A stretch of 64,000 nucleotides of DNA from Pocillopora damicornis (lineage: Eukaryota): NCBI RefSeq assembly GCF_003704095.1, contig NW_020847378.1, positions 62,001-126,000 of the forward strand. Reading direction: 5' to 3'. The notes beneath the pieces were generated by a model, which was not told where the DNA came from, did no database searches, and worked only from the letters and a program-made list of their open reading frames with translations. The position numbers and the translations under genes were made by a program. Positions 36,701-49,700 of this stretch are shown here, one piece after another; within the stretch, counting starts at the first letter, position 1; each line of letters opens with the position of its first letter.

Positions 36701-39700
36701 AGGAAGCTCAATAAGTCAGAAACCTTGATAATTGAGGATCATTAGGCCTCTTTTTTTTCGTTTCGCCTTCTCTGTGGCTACTTATTTGCTGCAAATAATC
36801 AATTGCAAGGTAAGGTACAATCTTGTTTAGTTGCACGTTGAGGTTTCCATGTTTATGCGCTTCTGGAGCAACTGTTAAACTTGAGAAATGTTGCAGTAAT
36901 TTTCTGAAAATTTTCGTGTTGTTTATTCACCATCACACAAACACTTTCAGTTACGTTAAATAGATTTTTACATGCGTTAGGAATGAATCTCAGGAGTACA
37001 ATTTTCAGCCCTTCATATGTTAAGCGCCATGACTCACTGACTTTTCACGTGATCTGTAGTATTAAAGTCAGTTTTGTAACGAAGCCAACAGCCAGAGTCA
37101 CTCTTAATTTTTTCATATGGTGACATTCGTTGAATTTATCTATAAGCCGTTAAGACGAAATTTAAACGTCTTTAATGCACGCAAGAGAAGACAAGTGCTT
37201 TTAAATTGTTTTTGTCGTCACAAAGACTTTCCAATTTACTGAATGTCAGTATGGTTGGGATAACGGTGTAAACATTTTTTTAGCCAAGTTCAGAAGTTAA
37301 CTTCAAATTGCGCTTTAGTTTTGCCAGATATATGTATATATTTTTGAATCATAGATTTTAAAATTTTGCATATTCAATTCCCTAAAGGTGTTATCTTGGA
37401 ACTGGTTTACATTGCCTTGGGAAATATTTAGCATGACAATAGAACTGGCGTCTCTACAAAATTTATTTTATAACCCAAATACTTTTAAGTTATTTGTATT
37501 TACAAATACATTTTTCAAAACATAGGTTCCACCCGTCTAAAAAACCGCAATTGGCAATATATAAGTGTGAACGACACATAAACAACGATTCTTTATTACA
37601 AAGAAATGATATGAACTTATCGCAAAAAAAGAAAATCTGCCTAATTTATAGTGTTGTTAAGGCTATGTTTACATCTACATTACAATGTTGAAGGCAAAAG
37701 GTTTTTAAGAAATCCTCTTCACGTACCGCTTAAGTTGTGGTTTGTTCTTATTCCAAAATATGGTATGTTAATTTGGAAAAAAAAATTAACTTTACCTTTG
37801 CATCGCATACCTCTTGCGAAATTGCTTTGAAATATCTAGCAGTTACGAATACAAGTATTAAATATCAAAGTACCTAGTAACTTCTTTACACAAAATGTAC
37901 TTTTTTTTTGTTATTTAGAAACGTTGTGATAAAGACTCAGTCAGAGGAGAAGTGTTATCTTTTAATTGTTTTCTCACAATAGGAAAAATTTATGTAAGGC
38001 CAGTTCTTGATGAGTAGATTGTCACAAAACCCACAGCTGAAAAGTAACAGACACGGAATGGAAGACATTATCGCTGGTTTTCAATCACCCTCCAGGGTAC
38101 CAACCGCGGAAAGATAACTATAGATATAATTCAAACGATCTTTTAAAAATTAAAATCACCTTAAAAAATCAGGGAGACCCCCTATTCAAAGGTTTTGCCA
38201 AGTAAGAATAACTTTGAAGGAAGTCGAATAGTCGCTGAAATATTAATGAAAGTTTAAACAATTTTCTGGAGAGAAACATTGCACAAAAACAATTAAGATC
38301 TTTAGCGTGCTACAGTTTTCATTGCAACACCTGCAGGCACGACCAAGAACCATCAGAAACGATGATTTTTAATTAAAAAACTCCGATACTAACATTTTAC
38401 CAATTGTCCTCGCTTGAAAACACGTACCACTTTCCGCAAGATGGTCTGGACGAATTGCCATGGTTTGTTCAAAAAGTAGCTCTTTCAACCTTGAATTTTC
38501 GACGTTCAAAAAGCTTTGCAAAAAGAAAGCTATCTACGGTGTGTTGCTTTGAAAGAAAAATGAGGACCTTCGTCGCCAAGTGAGTCAGGGGGTAGTTTAG
38601 TCTATCCGTGTTTTATTTTCGTTAAGTTGAAATTTATAACATAGATTTCGTTTGAATGAAGTGAATAGCGGTGCTGAACAGTAACCGAGATCTATTAAAG
38701 CGATCACCTCTGTTTTCAACACCTCGCATATGAGGAAGGACAGGAAAGCATCCAGGGTAGATCCATCACGTACTTCTTTTGATGCTCAGCACTCCCTTAT
38801 CTGGCCGCGGTGGGTATGTACCACCGGGTATGGATTTCAGGATTTGAACCTAAACAGGCAACGCAAAAGACCAAAAGGCCAAAATACAAAATGTCTTGCA
38901 TATGGCGAGACTGTAGTCTATATGCGCTCTACTGACCATCCAAACAAGTCTATGTGAATATTCTCTTTGTGGTCGCCGAACCTATGATAAACCGTGACCC
39001 ATGACAATTTTTCGTGTAGAACAAAGACGCAAATTGACCAAAAAGACTTTTCATCTAACCTCGCACTAACATCTTCCCGGCTGGGGGCTGCTTAACGGCA
39101 TGGTACATGGTAAACACAAGTGAAAAAAGCTGATTTCGTATAGCTTCAGCTTTTCATACAGAATCAAAGGTCTTTGGAGGCATACTTAACTTTTCGTTTC
39201 GCCCAAACGGTAAGAACTTCTGAGAAACATATTACTTACGGAGCGTTTTTAAAGTAGCTACTTCATGGTTCGTGTCTGACATCACATGATTAGTTAAGGA
39301 ATGTTATTTTCCCTATATTGGGAATTCTGAGCTTCACATAAAGTAAGTTAAAAATAACTCTTAGGAAACATGATGATGTCTACACTACTTAGAAATGCAA
39401 CAGCTCTAAAAAAAATGGTGTGAAAAATTTCCTTGCAATGAGAGTTATGGAGGGCAGTTATTAAAAAGCCCCTGACTGATAGTCATGGTTTCCATATTGC
39501 TTAAAAACTACGAATGTAAACAGAAAAAAAAAAAACGAACCTAAGATTAAAACATAATTATTTTCTGAAGTGGAACGCTACAACTGGAGAAAAACAGTTT
39601 TTCTCTCAGTCTTCGGAAAAGCTACCTAGTGAGCTTTTTGCATAGAATGAGCAATTCACGTTGACATCTTTCTCAACTCTTCAAATTTTTCATTATTGCT

Positions 39701-40019
39701 CAAGTTTAAACTTTTTTAAGCAAGATGTCGTTATTGCCTCCTGTGTACTCTGAGCCCAATTATAAATTAAACTTCGTTGCCAGCAGTCCTCCTCTCAAAT
39801 GACGCTGTTAATTGTTTTTCTGATTTGCATCACGGTTGATAGAACCCAAACTTACCTTTGTAATTTTCAGAGATATTCAAATTTATCTGAATTGCTCAAG
39901 TACAGACACAGCTGTTTTAGAAGTTGAATTTCTCTGTCTGGTCATTTTGAAAGAGGGAGATAAACTCTCTCGTTTTTCTTTGCAGTAAACAGACCACCGT
40001 CTTGAGGAGAGGAAAAAAG

Positions 40020-43000
40020 ATGAGGTGCAATGATATCGTTCTCTTTATTGTCGTTTTACGCTCCACAGGTAGGAATATTTTGGTATTTCCTAGCTTCTCA
40101 CTTTGTATTCTATGTCAGCCCCTTGTATGGCCTTCACAACTGCGTATCAAAGCTTACTAACCTTCGACACGGAGGGCATCTCTTTATACATATGTATTAT
40201 ACCCCGTTTTCGAAAAGAGAAAGATTTTTCTCTTTTTTCTAATTAGTGTTGTAACTCAATGCCAATAACCGTACTTCGGAGGAGCCATTTTTATCGTTTT
40301 TAAAACAAAGCTGCCTTCACACGAAATTGAACTTCATCAGTGCTGCATAATAGATGAACAGCACATTTAGATGCCAGGTTAGATTAAAATGTGGATAACA
40401 AAACACGAAGACCAACAATTAAACGTACTATATGAACTGAAGCAAGTTGGCATGATCCTAGCAGTATTTTTGATAACCTGCTCAGTAGTCAAGCTCGTAA
40501 TTCTTGGCCAAAATGTAATTGGCCAAAACGATTTCCAGCTGCCCTCCAAAAGACATTTTGCTATGCAGTTTATCTAATGTAAAGTACTTAGAAGAGGAAT
40601 TTGTTGCTTCGACTACTTAAAATCTGCTATCGTAGTGTCATCGATCGATGCTCTTAGTAACTAATTTGATTCATAAGAACAGCATTACGTGCATCCTTTT
40701 GAAGAAGTTTCCCAGGCTCTCTCTGAAATCGAGAAGGGCACTCGTTTAAACTTTATCTAATTTCAGTTTTCATGGTGAACGGAGCACTGGAAGTGAATGA
40801 AACTCGCCTTCACAAGGAGTTATTCAAAGGATATAACAAGCATGCACACCCCAGGCTACCAGGGACAGGTCCGGTAGTGGTCACTTTTGATTTTCAACTT
40901 ATTCGGATCCTTGATGTGGTGAGTGTCTTTTTTTGTTTACATTCCTGTGGGAGGGTGGCTGCGTCTGACGATAACTTTTCGGAATTTGTACTAGGAGATG
41001 ACCCCATTCTGATTATCAACAGTAAACAGAAAACATTTATGAAAAACCCTGGGATTTGTCGGGGTGAGGAGTGGGGCCGAGACTTGTGATACACTAGTAT
41101 CTCAGCCAAGGTATCAACAATACTCCTGTTCCTTCGCCCAGAGGGCCAAAGAACCATTACGGAGATAGAACCGTGTTTAATTCAATAACACAATTCGATC
41201 TAAAATACAAAGAAACTTCGTTGGCCTTAAAATTGCTCAAAACAAACCGAAGATTAACAGCAATAACCTGGAAATGAACTGAAAACTTACTTCTTGACTG
41301 CCTCCGTATTTGACATACATTGTGGCAAATAATTGGTTAGCAATTACACTAACTGGTTAGCAATTACACTGGTTACACTGGTTATCTAAGCTGAATCTAA
41401 CCTGTACAACTGAACAACTAATTTACACGTATTTCATCAAATGTTTTACGCGGTAAACATTGCGATAATTATTGCAATACATGAATTCAAACGGAGTGCA
41501 CGCGCACTACATTAAACATAAACAGCGCGCGCGTTATACTTAACAATTAATTATAATATAATGAAGGTTCAGCGAAACACTCTCATACGTTGCTTTATGC
41601 CAGGAAATCTAAAGAAACTGCCGCGAATAAGGTAATAATTAAAGAATTTATATTTTACAGAGTGCAAGAAGTCAGTATATCACCACGTATGCTTGGGTGA
41701 ATCAGGTATGGAGAACTATCAACTTTTAGTATACTAGTGGTTCTGAAGGAAAAATGACATAACTACTGCGTTTTGATTACGCTAAGTAATCGTCGTGCTC
41801 TTTGCTCTTTTTCTTCGTCGTCGTGCTATTTGCTTTACTTGTTTCACACTTTTGTTACCTTCAAGAGTGTTTAATCGAATTTCCGGTCCTACTTGCAATC
41901 AAAAGTTTCTCTAACAAAACTTGCGACCCCCAGGCCATATTGTTGTCTGAGAAATACATCTTCATAGGCCATCTTTTCCAATTAATAACGGTGATAGGAC
42001 CGAGTAGAGTCCAATTCAGTCTGTAATTACGAGTATCATTACAAACAGGACTGGACGACACAAAGTCCTTTTATCAATTAATCATAACTGTTACAATTTC
42101 CCAGAAAAAAATACATTCAGGACAAACATGTGCAGTAGAGACAATTTTCAAGTAAAAAATTCCTTAACTTTGGAAATTCCACAATATTTTTGGGATAAGT
42201 GATTGTTGCTAAGGTTATTGTGATCAATTATGTGATAAGTGGATTTGACTGTGAAAGGATTAAGTATGATTGGCTGCTTCAACTGTCCAACTACAGGTGT
42301 CCGATTACAACTCTAACTGCTAATGCATCGATCACATTTAATGAAAATTGCAATGGTTATGATGAAGCAGGGACCGCGCAGAGGGAGGGGCTAGGGGGCT
42401 TTCGCTCCTCCACTTTTTTGCAAAAATAAAAATAAATTAAACAAAAAATAATTTAACGAAAATAACGGAGCCGAAAATAGCCTCCCCGCCACTCAAAAAC
42501 TTGCTGCGCGGTCCCCGTTAAGAGGTAAATCTCGACAGGAGATGATTTCTATCTTTTGTGATTTATCATAAAACCAATACGAATAAAGTTAATTCAAGGA
42601 AATTGAAGTTCTTAGGAGGGTTTCCGTCAAAAAAAGTTTAATGATAGACACCAAAATTCTTAAATAGACTATGGTGTGAAAAGAAAAGTGATTCTGTCTG
42701 AGGTTTCATTTTCCAATGCCCCGCACACAATGCTCTCAGCAGTTGACATTCCTTAAAGATCCAACTGATCTAATGGACAATGGTAAGCTCTGTGAAGCCG
42801 TACATGATGATCCTAAGACCATCATCAATTCTTGAAATTTTTGTAGTATTGGGAGAACCGTTTGCTAAAATGGGATCCAAAAGAATATGGAGGAGTGGAG
42901 GAAATTCATGTGTCTCCAAGCGACATCTGGGTGCCTGACACACTATTATACAACAAGTAAGTCGTTTTACATAGGCTCAATTTCCAAAGTTTTCACTGAT

Positions 43001-44996
43001 CCGATTTGCGTTCCTTCCGAGAAAGGACAACTCGGGGTCGAACTACTTCTTTCAGTGAAGGTTCGATGCTTCCAATCATTTTCCAGGACGATAGATCATT
43101 TTTTCGACATAAACCACCTTTAACTACCGAGAATTTAAGGTTGCTCTGCACCTAGTGAAATAATATTTTGAACTGATCCACGCAAAGAAACGATGCTATG
43201 AATATCCTTACTGCCATTCAATGACAAAAGATATTGAGTTTAAGAAACGACGACGGCGACGCCGTGGAAAACGTCGATTAAAAAAAATGAACTTATATTT
43301 TACCTACGAATCTCGCGATACTCTAGAGTCATTAAGTTGGTTTCTCTTTGTCAAAACTGTCTCGAAACTGAATATGGAACACAGTTTTAAATTAGAAATA
43401 GAAATTTGAAAAAAATTAGACGTCACCGTTCACGTTATCCAGACAACGCAAACCTAACATCAGTATGCATATTCTCCATACTGTTCTCTGAGGCCCTTCT
43501 CTGCGTATTTCCTAAGGTGCTGACAAGGAGAGTTTGTTTAACAATCAAGAGTTTCTTTAATTTGTGATCATTTGCTTTGTTCTCATGACCTCAATGTTTG
43601 ATTCCGGGGTGATATTGTAAGGAGAAATAACAATCTTAGTCTCTCTCAAAGCTTAACTGTCCTATTTAGTCTCCACGTTTCCCTTTACTTGCGTTGCAGT
43701 ATAGACGAAGAGGAGCGAATGGGAGGCGGTAGGACGACTTATACCACTAACGTAGAACTGCGATATGATGGCAAAAACACGTGGCTAAACCCCGCCATGT
43801 TTAAAAGCATCTGTAGCGTGGATGTCACAAACTTTCCTTTCGACGATCAAGAATGTCGATTAAAATTCGGTTCTTGGGCCTTCGACAGAGCAAAGATAGA
43901 TTTGGCCGTAAAAAACGGCAGCACCTTGAACTCATACTACATCAAAAATGGTGAATGGAAAATGCTGAAACTGACCGCGAAGAGAAATGCTCTCAAGTAT
44001 CAATGCTGCCCGCACGAATTTGTGGACATAACAGTGAGTGTGAAAATCCGACGAGAATCATTGGACTACATTCTAAAGTTGATTATTCCATGCTCGCTGA
44101 TTTCTTCCATGATATTTTTGGGTTTTGTTCTTCCACCTGAGTCAGGCGAACGTATTGGACTGAGTATCACAGTTCTGCTCGCAATGACTGTGTTTCAGCA
44201 ACTCAGCTCCGAGCTCATGCCTTCGTACGGCTTTCCACTCCTGGGACAGTTCTATTTCGCAATCATGTTGGAAATAGGTCTTTCCTTGGCTGTAACTACG
44301 CTTATTTTAAATTTTTACCATCGCAACAGGCGTCGAATGCCTAAGACTATGAGAAAAGTGATTCTTCAATGTCTAGCGCGCGTGCTGTTTCCATGTCAAA
44401 AACCAAAGAACTGGAACGAAATCCATCGAAAAAGCGTTCTTCGACGAAGACTTGAAAACAGCAATGCTCTGGATGCTGAGAGGGGGGTATCCTGCAGTGA
44501 CTCAGAGTTTTGCGAAGAAGATGTATACGAACAAGAAAAGAGCACGAGACGCGATCAGAATTTGACCACGTGGGTCGTGCAAGAGTCTGGCACCATTTGC
44601 ACGCTTTCTCCGAACGGTACCGCAAACGGGGATCACTCGTTCTTGAATCTCGCAGCGTCGCCACAAAACACTCGCACCAAAACTGTCGGGTTCTCAAAGG
44701 ACTGCTTCAAAAAGCTTAAAAGGAACAACAGTTTTCGTTCTCGGGATACAAATTCCGGCCGGGCGGGAAAGAAGCGGTCTTCATCAGCGACACGTAGCAG
44801 GCCGCGACAAGTCGACTCGCAGTTTCTTACAGGCAATGTACTTGACTGGACCGAAGAGAAGATTAAAAACCAAAAGGAATGGATCAAGGCAGCGCGTGTG
44901 CTGGACAGGCTGTTTTTGATCATCTCCATCTTCTCCTTTATTGCCACGTTACTGACAATCTTCCTGCGGGCTCCAAGGTTCCGTCTTTCTCAATAA
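40020..44996 (+). CDS. Nicotinic acetylcholine receptor alpha-type subunit (paralog 1), 5 coding exons, about 550 aa
   Basis: Exons 40020-40068, 40767-40918, 41661-41705, 42847-42956 and 43700-44996. Motifs WVPD..LYNN, Cys-loop CSVDVTNFPFDDQEC, vicinal YQCC, M2 GERIGLSITVLL and M4 ARVLDRLFL. The first exon is less certain. Candidate 5'-UTR splice sites lie near 35831, 36146-36202, 36809 and 39986. Confidence 0.93.
42369..42517. mobile_element. Small GC-rich MITE
   Basis: 12-bp TIR gggaccgcgcag (42370-42381) / ctgcgcggtccc (42505-42516). No clear TSD. Confidence 0.55.
43452..43657. mobile_element. piggyBac-type MITE, degenerate
   Basis: cctaacatcagtatgcatattctccatact... is the reverse complement of the 4383-4594 subfamily. 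Confidence 0.65.
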
Positions 44997-46790
44997 GAAA
45001 GCATCAACTCAGCCTTTTGAAAACCGTGACAACGTGTTCGGAAAAAGGAACTTTATCTCGTGTTGGGTGTGAAGCATTACTTCACCCTGGGTCAACGCGA
45101 AGAAAGAGGGAGTTATACTTTTATAAAATGCATGACAGGTAACTGAGCGTAGAGATTGAAGCTGATCTATTTTCACTTGCTTGCTCGTATCATTCCTTGC
45201 ATTAAATTTTTACCCCTTAGCTACAAATGTACCTCCAAACACTTTTTAAACCACTTGTAAAATAACTAAGGCTGATCTGCCCCAACATTTCCGAACTGTG
45301 ATTCCTGTCTAACCATTCAGTGGTGTGCCACGTTCGTTACTGGATGACTGTCGTTTGCCATGACTTTTGTCCTGCATGGATCTTTTTTAGATTAGTTTAA
45401 GATCGCTCTTTAATCATTTTGGGATAAATAGAATTCGTTTTGATAACATCCGAATAGTCTTTTTAACTTGTTTTACGAATACATAGAGGAGTTGACACTT
45501 TTTCGCATGTTTACCTACGAGGAGTTAGTCGACTTTGTAGCTTTGAGCGCTGAAATTGTACAAGTAAAGGTGCCGATAATCATATTACGTCTAACGAGAA
45601 AGGTAGCCATATTAATAGTCCTTACTGAATCAGAAGAAAAGGAAAAGTGTAAGACTACTACAGACTTCATGTTGCCTAGCAACATTTTGAAGCCCAACTT
45701 TCATCGACTGCGATTAAAAAATTTATATTTTTAGATATAAAACTGAGCCTCACTAGAGATAACGCACAAACTTTCGACAAATAAACCTTCAAAACAGTTT
45801 TTTTTGTGCTTAATCTTCAAGTGTATTCCGTTTGTCTCTTTAGCAGTAGAGGACTGTGCCTAATTCTAATTAACAGCGCTATTCATAATACTAAAACTTA
45901 AGTAATCACAACAGCTAATGAGAAGAGAGGAAAATACCTTGAGAGCTAAAACTAAGAACTCTCTCAAGCGCGGGAAAACACAGGCGACCAAGTCGTGATT
46001 GGTTCAGAAAGTGGCGCGGTGTGATCAAGTCAAGTTGAGCCAGTTTGAAAGAGAGCACTCCCTTCTCTTTGCTAAAGAACATCGATGTAATCCTGAATAA
46101 CTGACAACTTTAATCCTATCTTAACCAAAGAAGCTTACAAATGAATTTCATTTGCACAAGTAAACAAAAATATTTGAAGAAAGGCACATGACTTAAGTAA
46201 TATTTTAATTGCTACAGTATACGTGTTCAATAATTTTGCGATACTTTACATTAAGCAAGGCCTTCTCTACAGACTTCATAGTGCTTTATTTTCTGCCCAT
46301 CAACAGTACTGGACATCATTATTCCATCTTGATAGCCCCACAAGGTATGGAAAGAGTTTTGAATAAAGTGGGGCCCTTACACTTATGTTCTCCTTGAGGG
46401 GCATGACATATTGTTTAATAATAATGAAAAAAGGAAGGATCACATGCCCTTAGAACATTTTAGTAGTGCAGTAACTGTTCCATCACACAACCCAACCTCC
46501 TAAGTGGTAGCATGGACACACTGGTTGAAGGTAACGTTATATATAACTTCAGATTGACAAAAATGGTATAAGGCCACCAAAAAACACTACAATTCGTGTT
46601 AAATTAGCTTGTGAAGTTGTTTATTCATCTTCATTTGTCTTGACTGAATAGTGCCCAATGCTTTTTCCATATATTTCTCTTCCCTCACACCTATAAAATT
46701 CCACAACAAAGTCTTTGTACAATATTTTTTGTCCATTAAAAGTCTTTCTCATGGCATGAAAGAACCTCAGGCACAAAAACCCCCCTATTT

Positions 46791-49700
46791 CTATGAGTCA
46801 GGTGTAACCATATCCCTAGCTACTTGGAAGGCTGCTATCAGTGAACTAAGCTGAATCTTCTCCGAGGTTCCAGCTGCTAGACGGTACCTGAAAACAATTA
46901 GCATATCCCATTAGACAAAAATGTGACAAGCTATCCATGATTTCTATCTTACTTGTAAATAAGAAAACTTTTTCATATACAAAACCAATCAAAACTGCTA
47001 ATCAAAACAACATAATGTTTATATCATATAGAGCCAGAGAGAGCTCTCAGCAAACATATTAACTCAGCTTCAAATGAGCAAACATGAATTCCCTGTCAAA
47101 ATTTTGTACAAGTTTCTGCATAGATATTCTACTTACTCAACATCTGCCATCTTTTCCAACAAGTGAATTCTGATTTTCTGAGGAAAGTTAACTAGAAAGG
47201 GAAAAGGTAAAACCTTTAAGTTATGAAAGTCCAATAAAAAGAAGCAAAACAAATAGAATGAGAGTGTGATCTTGGGGAAGATAATGTGACAAAGAAATGA
47301 AAATGATAAAAAAAAGAAAAGGGAAAAGCTTAGTGGTGGTGGTAGTTTAGAACAGATATGAAGATAAGTTTAAGCTAGGTTAAGCTACTAACCTCTATGT
47401 ACATACAGGTGTACTTCTGTGAGAATGTCTTGTAGGGCAAGTCCTTTCAGAGTCTTTAGTTTTGTTATATCTGTATAGTGGTTACGGATTGTATGAAATT
47501 TAGGTTTTCATGCAGCATCACATGAGAAAAATCATACAGTTTCATGTTAAGTATTAAATGGTTATTGAGGCCAGCGGCAATGTGATATATTAACCTCAGC
47601 CTCACAGAAATTATCATAAAAGGAATAATTCTCTTAAGGCAGCACTATTTGCTCCATAGAACACCCCTTACTGAACACCAGACAATGAAATTAGTTCAGT
47701 TCAAAAAGATACTACTATAAGCAGTATTGAAGTCTTCATTAAGCATCCACTCTACTATGTTTGCAATGTCTGATCTCAGAGGTTGCCCTGTACAGGTGTA
47801 TACGTTCACCTCATCAACAATGCTAAAAGCCATGGAAGTGCTCTGAAAAGAGACAACTAAAACAGGTTACCACCATTGAACAGTTTTGTTTACTTAAATG
47901 AAAAGAGACTGGAGAGACAATTAAGACTTAACAAGAGCTTAGCACTAACCTGAAGAATGTTCAGAGCTTTTCTCATGTCACCATTTGCCAGCCTGACCAA
48001 ACTTTTCATTCCGTCATCAGAAACTTGTACTCTGAAAACAAATCACACACTGAGTATGCATCAAAATACTCAATAAGAGAGCGCATTAACCCTAGTTAAA
48101 TTAGGCTACAACCCCATTTGCCTTTATATTCATCTGAAAATTAACGTTAATATTTTAAAATTCAACATCAGTAATTTGACATCTAAGTGAGGCTCTGAGA
48201 AATTAGCTATAGAGTTGAAAGATAATCTTCCTCAGAATTACAGTGATGTCTTTGTTTCACACTGAATTTTAAAATATCAGAATTAATCTATTGTCAATCA
48301 ATGCTGTAAGAACCTTACCCTTCAGTTTTGATGACATGTTCCAATCTACTCTTCATCTGTTCATTATCAAGAGGTCCAAATCTAAACCTTGTACAACGAG
48401 ACTGGAGAGCTGGAATAATCTTTGTCAGATAATTACAGATCAAACAGAATCTGGTGTTCTCTGTAAATTTCTCCATGACTGCAAAGAAAGATGGAAAGAG
48501 ACCAAACTACAATTTAGCAAGTAACTAACAGTGATTAACCCTTTAATTCCTTAGAGTGACAAGGTTCTAATTTCTCTTTACAATATATCCCTTGAATCAA
48601 ATGTTTTAAGTCATGAGAATACAGGAAATGATCAGTACCTGATGAAGCTCTTCATGGTTTTCAAATTCACCTTGTTAGAACCAAAGAAATGTGTAGAGAA
48701 CAGCATGGAGGGTATGCATAATGATGTCACGGTGTAGAGGATTAAAGAGACTGAGAATACAAGTTCTGTTTTTGTATCTAATCAAAGGAAATTTTTCCAC
48801 AACTTTTAAAAGGTGAGCTTTGACCAGGAAAATTGTAAATTCTTTATGGGAAAAGAAAAATACTGAGGCTTTAAAAGAAAATGAATGAAGTAGAACACAA
48901 CAAAGTTAGGGAAGAGAATGGCAAAAGGTGCACATTGTGAACTGTAGGCAACAGATGGAATGTACAAGCAGTCAGTTCTTCTTCAAACAAACTAAAGAAC
49001 AAACCACTGACAATGAAACTACAGTACAACACAATATAATATTACTGGTTTCTTTCATATGAGGTATTCAGATTTAATTTTAATTTACAAATTATGGTTT
49101 TAGCTACACTACTTAGTGAAAATACTTAAAAGTAACCACAATGCAATAAACTTAATAAATTAAGGAGGCAACCTTCCTGAGATAAGAAAACAAGGCAACA
49201 ACTGACCAAACCAATGATTACGTTCAGTAGGTAGTACATGTACCTCTTCGTAGGGCATTCTGTGCATCCTGAGTCATAGCATCTGCTTCATCCAAAATTA
49301 CAATTTTAAAACCAGATCTGCAGTGTACAAGAAATCGTATTGCTGAAGTATTTAATCATGAGTACTGAACTTCTAATACTATTCATACAACTCATCGGCA
49401 GACAGTTGTTGGTAATTTACACTGTATGCTCTAAATATACTCGACTTACTTAAAAATTGTTCTTGTACTTGCAAAGTTTAAAACGGCTCCTCGAACAATA
49501 CCAATACCTCTATCATCTGAAGCATTCAACTGAAAAAAGAACATTATAGATTTCAAGTTGCTGAGATTTAATAACAGAAAGCACTATAAACCCTCCCTGT
49601 TTCATTATGATATAAATGTCAATTCACACCTTTTGCCTGAATTAACTTTGAGAGAACATTTTTGATTTGAAGTACTGCATAACAAATCTTAACTACCCAT

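Noticed and set aside
43700-44996. Coding parts of the last exons of both nAChRs are exactly 1297 nt
   Set aside because: Loop and C-terminal lengths differ in compensating ways and the stop positions are not homologous, so I treat it as coincidence.
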